From a virus (Duplodnaviria > Caudoviricetes): a DNA stretch of 33,523 bases. The position numbers and the translations under genes were made by a program. Of the stretch, positions 7,788-14,753 are shown piece by piece. The stretch's first letter is position 1. Each line of letters opens with the position of its first letter. The notes beneath the pieces are model-generated. The model saw only the letters and a program-made list of their open reading frames with translations. It searched no databases and was not told the DNA's origin. The stretch covers positions 1 through 33,523 of IMG/VR virus record IMGVR_UViG_3300032330_000127. One strand, 5' to 3'.

Positions 7788-8743
7788 TTAGATTCCTTGA
7801 TTGTTAAAGTTGACTGGCGTATGGAGTAAGCCTCTTTGGCTGGCACGATCTTCTCTGGCTGCGCTTTGTAGCTGCGAGTTGGCCAGCTAATGGTGTAGCC
7901 ACCAGCGATACCTTTGGTTGACTTACCCATCAACTCTTTGATGCCATCTTCATCTGCAGCAATTGACTGCTCTAGAATTTTTAGCTGCAGTTTGTTATCC
8001 ATGATGCGTTGCGCCAGCTCGGTGGCCTCGGCATCTAGCAAGACGGTGTCCTCTACCACTGGATAGGCGCCACGTGCGTCTGGCCACTTCTCGCCTGCCT
8101 GCGGGGGGTAGTAGTCAATCGAGCCAGTCTCTTTGAAGTTATCCAGGCGGGACTGGAAATCTGTGGTTACCCTGGCGATGCTGTCCAGCGTGGCCTGGTG
8201 CGGAGCAAAGAGAAACAAACGCAATTGAGTGCCTTTGTAGAGTGTGGCCAGCACACCCCACTTGGCCTGCATGATATCCATCTGAGCCTGCAGCTGGATG
8301 GGACCACGCCATAAGGGTGGCGTATCTTCTGGCTCCATGGCGGTGAGCTTGGCCTCTAAAACACCAACTCCATCGAGGGTGATCGAGTCCTGGCCAACAA
8401 CATAGATGCCATTGTCTGGATCGCTGACGATAACCTGGCCACGGCCTTGGGCGCTACCATCGAGACTGCAGCAAAGTGGCAGACTAGTGTGAAAGAACGG
8501 TTTGTCGTGATCAATAACCACATCTGTTAGCAGCAGGCGCTTGGCTGCCTCACGCAAGATCAAAGGCTCTAGCTGGTTGCCCCAGCTCATAGACTCATTG
8601 CCGATGTCTGGGCGCTCTTTGCCCTGGATGGCATTGATTGACATTTCCAATTCGTCATTGGGCGTGTTGTACTTAGACATACCCATGACTGAAGATAGGC
8701 GGGATGCTGACAGCATGGTGTCAGGCGTGACTTTGTTGACCAT
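7784..8743 (-). CDS. YqaJ/lambda-exonuclease-family viral recombination nuclease
   Basis: SAS.L..VMG.SKY.TP, WG..LEP, CSLDG, LEAK and IQLQ.QM motifs (PD-(D/E)XK). Confidence 0.88.
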   Translation of the reverse strand: MVNKVTPDTMLSASRLSSVMGMSKYNTPNDELEMSINAIQGKERPDIGNESMSWGNQLEPLILREAAKRLLLTDVVIDHDKPFFHTSLPLCCSLDGSAQGRGQVIVSDPDNGIYVVGQDSITLDGVGVLEAKLTAMEPEDTPPLWRGPIQLQAQMDIMQAKWGVLATLYKGTQLRLFLFAPHQATLDSIARVTTDFQSRLDNFKETGSIDYYPPQAGEKWPDARGAYPVVEDTVLLDAEATELAQRIMDNKLQLKILEQSIAADEDGIKELMGKSTKGIAGGYTISWPTRSYKAQPEKIVPAKEAYSIRQSTLTIKESK

Positions 8744-9032
8744 TGAAGGACTCCTTGAGTTGATAGATGCGGATGATGCGAGCGTGAGCCTGCGGGTGGG
8801 TGGCCTCGGTAAAACCTACGGCCTTAAACTGCTTGCCTTTAAAGACAGCACCCAGAACTGATGGGTGCATCTCTGCAGGCAGAGCAAGATTTTGTCGGAT
8901 GTCATTGATGCTGACGCTGCCTTGTGCCTGGCAGATCTGTACGGCCAGCGCTCTCGCACGTGCCAGGAAGGTTGCATCACGTTGCTCAAATAGATTGAGC
9001 TGGGCGTCACGTATGGTTTGGCCAATGGTCAT
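8721..9032 (-). CDS. Hypothetical protein (possible winged-helix)
   Basis: 103-aa ORF in the leftward operon with a plausible RBS; G.VSINDIR...LGAVF pattern. Confidence 0.7.
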   Translation of the reverse strand: MTIGQTIRDAQLNLFEQRDATFLARARALAVQICQAQGSVSINDIRQNLALPAEMHPSVLGAVFKGKQFKAVGFTEATHPQAHARIIRIYQLKESFNGQQSHA

Positions 9033-9041
9033 GCTTGCCCC

Positions 9042-9248
9042 TTACTGAGTGAGCCAGACAACAAGCAAGGCCACGACACCAAGCACATAGATAGCTTTGT
9101 CGTAAGGCATTACAAGCAATTTAACTGGGGGATTTATCAATGAATCCTGGATGCGTAATTCATCGAGCGACATAGTGTGGCGTTTGGCAGGCTCATACCG
9201 TGAGCCTATGGCAACCTTGCCAGTGTTGTAGGGTGTGATATTACGCAT
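9042..9248 (-). CDS. Hypothetical 68-aa protein with C-terminal TM
   Basis: AGGAG precedes ATG at 9248 (MRNITPYNTGKVAIG...); overlaps the recombinase stop by 8 nt. Confidence 0.7.
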   Translation of the reverse strand: MRNITPYNTGKVAIGSRYEPAKRHTMSLDELRIQDSLINPPVKLLVMPYDKAIYVLGVVALLVVWLTQ

Positions 9249-9912
9249 GGCTAAACTCCTTGAGGTTGATGTTGAGACGTTTGATAAGGGCGTTGACCTG
9301 GCTGGCTGCCCACTCGGTGTTACCACGTGGGGTTTGAACGCCACGAGTAGACAACTCTGCAGCTAGGTTACGCAAGGTGCTGGCGCCTGAGATAGCAATC
9401 ACGTCACGCAGGGTTGGGGCGATGCGGTCTGCATAGCTGTTAGCACGTGCCTGGATGGCAGCATTGCCTGCTGCAGAGCCGATCTCTGGTGTTGGGCAAC
9501 CCAGTACTACACCACGTGCTTTGGCTGCTTGCAAGGCCTGTTTAGTGCGCTTGCTGATCTCTTCACGCTCATGCTGTGCAACCACTGCACGTACACCGAA
9601 CTCCAGAGTGCCAGCATTGGGCATATCAGCTGCGATGATGTCCACGCCTGCTTTGCGTAAGGTCAAGAGGAATGCTGCATCACGTGAGAGGCGGTCGATC
9701 TTGGCGATTAGGATCGCTGCGCCTTTGCGTCTGCACAGATCAAGTGCAAGCTCTAGCTGTGGGCGGTTGTCGATCTTGCCTGACTCGATCTCTGTGAATT
9801 CGCCAATGATGTCTGCCTCATATGAGCTGACCAGCTGGCGCTGTGACTCAAGGCCAAGGCCAGAATGACCCTGCTTGGCGGTGGATACACGGTAGTATGC
9901 TACGTATTTCAT
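9241..9912 (-). CDS. Serine site-specific recombinase (resolvase catalytic domain plus short C-terminal DNA-binding domain)
   Basis: YYRVST catalytic Ser motif, E.ESG...RPQL, KIDRLSRD, EREEISKRTK.AL..AKARG; AGGAG RBS before ATG at 9912. Confidence 0.92.
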   Translation of the reverse strand: MKYVAYYRVSTAKQGHSGLGLESQRQLVSSYEADIIGEFTEIESGKIDNRPQLELALDLCRRKGAAILIAKIDRLSRDAAFLLTLRKAGVDIIAADMPNAGTLEFGVRAVVAQHEREEISKRTKQALQAAKARGVVLGCPTPEIGSAAGNAAIQARANSYADRIAPTLRDVIAISGASTLRNLAAELSTRGVQTPRGNTEWAASQVNALIKRLNINLKEFSHA

Positions 9913-10080
9913 TTGAACTCCTGTTTCTCGGTGGTTCACGATATCACTGTGATATCGCTTGGATGTATTCTAAACCCAAATAAATCAACTATTTTCTAGG
10001 TGTTTACCCTAATGCCAGTTTAGCCTGGTAGATCTAGCGTATATGATCGCTTGCATTGTGCAATCATCCTACATCAGACT
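9913..10080. promoter_or_regulatory. Divergent control region with several dyads
   Basis: Only divergence point in the genome. Perfect palindrome CGATATCAC-T-GTGATATCG at 9939-9957, minus-strand TAGAAT at 9972-9967, TAGG-N7-CCTA at 9997-10011, TTGCA-TTG-TGCAA at 10051-10063. Confidence 0.75.
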
Positions 10081-10272
10081 ATGAATAAGACACCCAAGCA
10101 GCCAATCTTTGTACGTATACGGCCAGAGACATTGATCATGCTAGACCGTGCCTGCAAAGCACAAGCACGTAGCAGATCTCAGATGATTGATATGGTCTTG
10201 CAAGAGACGTTGACCAGGCAGTATGCGGATCTGAGTGTGCGTTTGAATAACTTAATAGGAGCGCAAGCATGA
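10081..10272 (+). CDS. Ribbon-helix-helix (CopG/Arc-like) regulator
   Basis: Beta-strand PIFVRI, helix PETLIMLDRAC, then RSRSQMIDMVL; first gene of the rightward operon. Confidence 0.8.
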   Translation: MNKTPKQPIFVRIRPETLIMLDRACKAQARSRSQMIDMVLQETLTRQYADLSVRLNNLIGAQA

Positions 10273-10457
10273 CACCCAAAGAGGCAACCAAGCTGCTAGA
10301 CATGGCCAAAGATGGTGATGAGATAGACGGTGAAGAGATCCCAGAAGAGGTAGTCACCGAGGCGCTTGAATGGACAGACGATATCGAGGCATACGATCCA
10401 CCGTGTGAGGCAGTCGAGGCCTGGGTAGAGAAGATGCGTAGAAAGGGTGTATTTTGA
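10269..10457 (+). CDS. Hypothetical acidic protein
   Basis: AGGAG RBS; coupled overlaps on both sides. Confidence 0.7.
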   Translation: MTPKEATKLLDMAKDGDEIDGEEIPEEVVTEALEWTDDIEAYDPPCEAVEAWVEKMRRKGVF

Positions 10458-10912
10458 TTACCACCGTACTAGCAATTGATCTTGGCACACGCACTGGCTG
10501 GGCAGCACTCACGCAGGGCAAGGTTGTGCATGGCTGGGTAGACCTCAAGCCCAAGCGCTTTGAAGGTGGCGGGATGCGCTTTCTCAGGTTCAAGCAGTGG
10601 CTCGGTGAGGTAAGCGCCAGCGTTGGAGAGATCCAGGCGGTTTACTTTGAAGAGGTAAGGCGTCACCAGGGAGTTGATGCAGCTCACGTGTATGGTGGCT
10701 TGATGGCCACGCTAACTGCCTGGTGCGAACACCACCAGATCCCCTACAGCGGTGTGCCAGTGGGGACTATCAAGCTCCATGCTACTGGCAAAGGCAATGC
10801 AAACAAAGATGCCATGGTGGCTGCCATGCAGGCCAAAGGCCACCCAGTAACTGATGACAACGAGGCCGATGCCCTGGCCATATTGCATTGGGCGATGGAG
10901 CAAGACACATGA
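10454..10912 (+). CDS. RuvC-like Holliday junction resolvase
   Basis: LAIDLGTRTGWA, VYFEEV, TIKLHATGKGNA.K and DDNEADALAIL acidic catalytic motifs. Confidence 0.85.
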   Translation: MITTVLAIDLGTRTGWAALTQGKVVHGWVDLKPKRFEGGGMRFLRFKQWLGEVSASVGEIQAVYFEEVRRHQGVDAAHVYGGLMATLTAWCEHHQIPYSGVPVGTIKLHATGKGNANKDAMVAAMQAKGHPVTDDNEADALAILHWAMEQDT

Positions 10913-11127
10913 GAAAACCAATTGGTATCACGTATCCGACACGCATACAAACCGAGACACCAGAAGAGCATGAGGCATTCAACCAGGTTGAGCGCAACAG
11001 CAAGATCAAACAAGAGATCTTGCGTAACCCAAGCAAAGAGGCAAAGCTGCTGCTGGAAGTGGCGCTGCTGACTGATCTGGTCCGAGAGCTTGCAGACCGT
11101 GTACGCCAGCTGGAGGCCAAGCAATGA
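10909..11127 (+). CDS. Hypothetical protein
   Basis: ATGA overlap at 10909; C-terminal coiled coil. Confidence 0.65.
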   Translation: MRKPIGITYPTRIQTETPEEHEAFNQVERNSKIKQEILRNPSKEAKLLLEVALLTDLVRELADRVRQLEAKQ

Positions 11128-11228
11128 GCAATATTGTTTTGATTTCATTACTTGCTTTCTTGGCTGGTCTTGTTGTGGCCTTTATTGGCATAGCACTACT
11201 AGTATTTTGGAGTTACCAGGATGAATAA
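11124..11228 (+). CDS. 34-aa single-TM microprotein (absent from the ORF track)
   Basis: GGAGG RBS and ATGA overlap; translates MSNIVLISLLAFLAGLVVAFIGIALLVFWSYQDE. Confidence 0.7.
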   Translation: MSNIVLISLLAFLAGLVVAFIGIALLVFWSYQDE

Positions 11229-11451
11229 GACCAAGGATTACATAGCGCTCTATCGGGATGAGGATGGCGTTGTAGTTGGCAGCGAAACAGTTAACCATGA
11301 GGTCAGGCAGTGGCTGGCCACCATCGAGGAATTAAAGCTGGCGCTGTACACCGAGATGCACAAGGTCCAAGACTACAAAGATCTGCTGGACGAGACACGC
11401 AAGATCACGCTGGAGCTGGCCAAGAAGATCAACCAGGGAGCTGGTCAATGA
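11221..11451 (+). CDS. Hypothetical coiled-coil protein
   Basis: 76-aa ORF with overlaps at both ends. Confidence 0.65.
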   Translation: MNKTKDYIALYRDEDGVVVGSETVNHEVRQWLATIEELKLALYTEMHKVQDYKDLLDETRKITLELAKKINQGAGQ

Positions 11452-11672
11452 AGTGTCCTATCTGCAACGCATGGACGCTAGTCAAAGACACACGTAAACG
11501 TGAAGGCAACATCACCATTAGGCGGTATGAATGTGGCAACTTGCACACGTTTAAGACCACAGAACAGATTACCCAGATCCTGGACGCCACGCACATGGAG
11601 CAGCTGAAGTTGGCTAGGATTGCTAACTTATCCAAGCACAGCAGAAACCGCAAGAAGGCCAGCAATGCATGA
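11448..11672 (+). CDS. NrdR-N-terminal-like zinc-ribbon protein
   Basis: MKCPIC...VKDTR...RRYEC.N.H.F.T.E; GGAG RBS and ATGA overlap at 11448. Confidence 0.75.
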   Translation: MKCPICNAWTLVKDTRKREGNITIRRYECGNLHTFKTTEQITQILDATHMEQLKLARIANLSKHSRNRKKASNA

Positions 11673-11899
11673 AGACCAGGCATATCTACAGGAAGGCCAG
11701 CAACGCACCGTCACCAAGCCTGGAATGCCTGCTGATGGCGTGTGGCAGAGAGTTGTTAACGACTTGGGAAGTCTTGCGGGACAAGGCGTTGATAGACAAG
11801 CATCTAAGTCAGCTAGACGCTCTATATGGCGCAAACGCAGAGGCCAAGGTACGCCAGTACATGAGAGAGATCCACAGAAATGAGCGCAATGCCAGATAA
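11669..11899 (+). CDS. Hypothetical protein
   Basis: ATGA overlap; 76 aa. Confidence 0.6.
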   Translation: MKTRHIYRKASNAPSPSLECLLMACGRELLTTWEVLRDKALIDKHLSQLDALYGANAEAKVRQYMREIHRNERNAR

Positions 11900-12803
11900 C
11901 GTGCTGCCATTCGAGTTGCCTGCTAAACCCAGGATCAAACAACAAGACGCCCTACCCGATCAACGCAAGATCGTAGTAATGCCATTCAAAGCCATCTTTG
12001 ATGAGAGGCTCAACCACGGCACATTAAGAACACTCTCAGCCATAGCAGCATTCAGCAACCGAGCTGGCATCACTTGGGTTAGCCAGGTACGCATAGCTAA
12101 GGATCTCAAGATAAGCCAGCAAGCAGTCAGCAAGCAAGTCACCCAGCTCAAGGCACTGGGCTACATAGAAGTAGTCAAGAAGGGTTTCCATGGCAAGTCA
12201 ACAGACACCATCAGGATCATCTTTGATGAAGAGATAACAGCTGCAGAGGCCATAGCAATGGTCAGCAATAAGGAAGACGCCAGGCCACCAGGTCAGATAG
12301 AGGCTGAAGAAAAAAGGTTACAAAAAGAAGTAGACCAAGAAGGCCTCAAACGTATCCAGGACATGATCAGACAGTCACTAACCACCACAACCAAGCAGGC
12401 ACAAAAGGAGTACCAAATGCCACAAGACAATGAAACCATCACAGTCAAGAAGATGAAAGCAGAGATGAAAAAGAAAGCCACAAAGACTGTGGATAAGTCT
12501 GTTGATAACTCACATGTAGACAACCCCCAGGTTGTACATGGAGAGAGCTACATAGACAACCTCCAGGTTGTTAACGTAGACAACCTACAGGTTGTAGAGA
12601 ACACCGTATTTAACACTATATCTATTAATATTAATGTTATGAACAACAAAGAATTAAAGAAGTATTCAAAAGCTGAGATCGAGGCCAAGCTCGAACTGCT
12701 GCTGCCTGCCTACCATGCTGAGGGCATCGAGCCTACCGAACAGGCGCTGGTTGATGGGATCATGCACATGATGGCAACCCAGACCAAGATGGATGCCATT
12801 TAA
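11880..12803 (+). CDS. Replication initiator with N-terminal winged HTH (lambda O-like organisation)
   Basis: W.SQ.RIAKDLKISQQAVSKQV..LK..GYIEV HTH; contains internal iterons and DnaA boxes. Confidence 0.8.
   Translation: MSAMPDNVLPFELPAKPRIKQQDALPDQRKIVVMPFKAIFDERLNHGTLRTLSAIAAFSNRAGITWVSQVRIAKDLKISQQAVSKQVTQLKALGYIEVVKKGFHGKSTDTIRIIFDEEITAAEAIAMVSNKEDARPPGQIEAEEKRLQKEVDQEGLKRIQDMIRQSLTTTTKQAQKEYQMPQDNETITVKKMKAEMKKKATKTVDKSVDNSHVDNPQVVHGESYIDNLQVVNVDNLQVVENTVFNTISININVMNNKELKKYSKAEIEAKLELLLPAYHAEGIEPTEQALVDGIMHMMATQTKMDAI
12488..12670. other. Putative replication origin inside the initiator gene
   Basis: DnaA boxes TGTGGATAA (12488-12496) and TGTTGATAA (12500-12508); three TAGACAACCYMCAGGTTGT repeats at 12517, 12553 and 12577; AT-rich tract at about 12607-12670. 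Confidence 0.8.
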
Positions 12804-13139
12804 ACGCAATCTAAGCCACCTAGAAGGCCATGAAACCATCCAGTCAATATCAGGGTAGCCACATGGCACATCAAAGCCTTGTAGAGCCTGCTACAGTATG
12901 CTGTACTGAACTCAAACGAACGTATGGGAACAGTACAGGGGGGTGGCGTACCTATAGAGAGGCATGGCAGGAGGGTGCTTGGGCAGTGCAATCCTGCGTT
13001 GTAGCACTTTTGATGTATCCTCCCCCCACCCACCCACCTCACCGTAGGGGTACCTCAATGAATTTTTCCCCTATTTCTTTCTGTATACCTTTTACTACAT
13101 TGGTATTTTCTCTAATTTTTCAACCAAAGGACTAAGTTA

Positions 13140-13478
13140 ATGACTACTAACTATGACAAACCATTTGAGCTAAGACCAGGTCAAGGCTCTGTGTTTAAGA
13201 ACAAAGATAAGACTGAGGACTGGCACGCTGACTACAAGGGTGAACTGCTACTGCCAGATGGCACTCTGCATTGGATTGATGTTCAGCCTGGTAAGACACG
13301 TGCTGGTGAGTGGTACTTCAAGATTAAGTTGGGTAAGCCAAAGCAGCCTAAACAGAATGGCCAACAACAAGGCATGGTCTTAGACCAGCCAAAGCCTTTT
13401 GCTCCAACTGCGCCTATTGCCAAACACTCCCCTGCTGCCAATGCTGTGGCTGCTATGGATGACGATATCCCATTCTGA
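13140..13478 (+). CDS. Single-stranded DNA-binding-like protein
   Basis: G.VFKN.DK...ADYKG small beta domain, Q/P-rich linker, C-terminal DDDIPF SSB tail. Confidence 0.75.
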   Translation: MTTNYDKPFELRPGQGSVFKNKDKTEDWHADYKGELLLPDGTLHWIDVQPGKTRAGEWYFKIKLGKPKQPKQNGQQQGMVLDQPKPFAPTAPIAKHSPAANAVAAMDDDIPF

Positions 13479-13927
13479 TGGCACGTACTAAATATCCAAC
13501 TCAGATTCCGCCAGTTGCTGGCTGGGGTGGCACTCGCTCCATTGTCAGACGCTTGGAGCGCTCTACTACGCTGGTCAAGAACAAGGAGGCCACTGCGTAT
13601 GCGTTGCTGGCCATGGCTAACACCAAGATCACCGACATTATGTCGTGGGATGAGAACGGCCATGTGAAGATCAAGGCTAGCCATCTGATCCCAGAGACTG
13701 CGTTGATGGCCATTAAGAATATCAAGGTGCGTGTGGACAAGGACGGTGCGTCTACGCTGGAGATTGATCTCTATGACAAGGTGGCGGTGCTGCGGATCCT
13801 GGCTAAAGCTAGTGGTTTGCTGGACAACCCAGACAACGAGGACAAGCCTAGTGTGATTGGTATCAATGTACGTGCGCCAGATGTTGTGGATGTGGAAGAC
13901 AAACCAAGGGATGAGGAACATGAGTAG
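13478..13927 (+). CDS. Terminase small subunit (putative)
   Basis: AIKNIKV...LEIDLYDK..VL..LAK pattern; lies upstream of the large subunit. Confidence 0.65.
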   Translation: MARTKYPTQIPPVAGWGGTRSIVRRLERSTTLVKNKEATAYALLAMANTKITDIMSWDENGHVKIKASHLIPETALMAIKNIKVRVDKDGASTLEIDLYDKVAVLRILAKASGLLDNPDNEDKPSVIGINVRAPDVVDVEDKPRDEEHE

Positions 13928-14282
13928 ACAAGCATTAGAACTGGCGCTTGAGGCGTTGGAAGACCGAACAAGCCTGATGAAGTGGCAGATAGCCCGTGAT
14001 GCAGTCAAAGAAGCCTTGGCACAGCCAGAGCAGGAGCCTGTGGCGTGGATGCTTGAAGGTTGGGGGCCAGACTGCGGCCCATACTTTGAGATTTACCGTG
14101 ATGATGAAATGGGTTGGCGTAATAAAAAAGAATGGACACCTCTCTACACCACCCCACCACAGCGCAAGCCGCTGACGGATGAGGATATAAACGACATCGC
14201 AAAAAACTATGCGTTAAACAACCCAACAACGCCATTGCACTTTGCCCGAGCCATCGAAGCCGCCCACGGCATTAAGGAGTAA
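13920..14282 (+). CDS. Accessory mosaic protein (QPEQEPVAW...PLYTTPPQRKPLTDE type)
   Basis: GAGG RBS, ATG at 13920 (MSRQALELALEALE); shares linker motifs with the next gene. Confidence 0.75.
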   Translation: MSRQALELALEALEDRTSLMKWQIARDAVKEALAQPEQEPVAWMLEGWGPDCGPYFEIYRDDEMGWRNKKEWTPLYTTPPQRKPLTDEDINDIAKNYALNNPTTPLHFARAIEAAHGIKE

Positions 14283-14285
14283 GAC

Positions 14286-14753
14286 ATGGATGTAAACAAT
14301 GAAGGATTTTTTGAGCCAGTAGAGCAAGAGCCTGTGAAAATTCTTCCAGACGGAAGTGCGTTTGGCGTAATGTCTTTTCCGCTACCTGATGACCATTGGC
14401 TTTATGCGCCAAATGAATACAAAGATGGTGAATACGAGCCAATTGATCTTCCAAAGCCTATTTTGACTCACGAATTAAGAGATGCGGTTGTAGCGGCTGT
14501 TCGTTATGCGGTGCGCGGAGCAACAATGAGGGGTCAGGAAACAGACTTTGACCCTGACGCTCTTGTGCAAAATGCAGTCTACGCATTGTGCGGGCCTTAC
14601 ACCACCCCACCACAGCGCACATGGGTTGGGCTGACGGATGAGGAGATTGCAGATTGCGCTGAAAAAATGGAAGCATCAGACCCGACCGATAGTTTTTGGC
14701 GTGAATTTTTCAGAGGCATTGAAGCCAAACTCAAGGATAAAAATGAAAACTAA
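14286..14753 (+). CDS. Accessory mosaic protein (EQEPV...YTTPPQRTWVGLTDEEI type)
   Basis: TAAGGAG RBS; paralogous flanks shared with 13920-14282. Confidence 0.75.
   Translation: MDVNNEGFFEPVEQEPVKILPDGSAFGVMSFPLPDDHWLYAPNEYKDGEYEPIDLPKPILTHELRDAVVAAVRYAVRGATMRGQETDFDPDALVQNAVYALCGPYTTPPQRTWVGLTDEEIADCAEKMEASDPTDSFWREFFRGIEAKLKDKNEN

Noticed and set aside
9241-9912. Recombinase as a tail-fibre invertase (Gin/Cin type)
   Set aside because: Both fibre genes are on the same strand, no flanking inverted crossover sites were seen, and the enzyme is about 6 kb away in the early operon.
11654-11707. 16-bp near-direct repeat GAAGGCCAGCAAYGCA (KASNA in two adjacent genes)
   Set aside because: Only two short copies; probably a small local duplication at a gene junction with no evident function.
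12517-12595. Three 19-bp palindromic repeats as a mini-CRISPR array
   Set aside because: Spacers are only 17 and 5 bp, the repeats are in frame within a gene next to DnaA boxes, and no cas genes are present; iterons fit better.
12830-13135. 101-aa ORF (and antisense 12800-13042) in the gap after the initiator
   Set aside because: Runs through homopolymer tracts, has atypical composition and a weak RBS; treated as non-coding.
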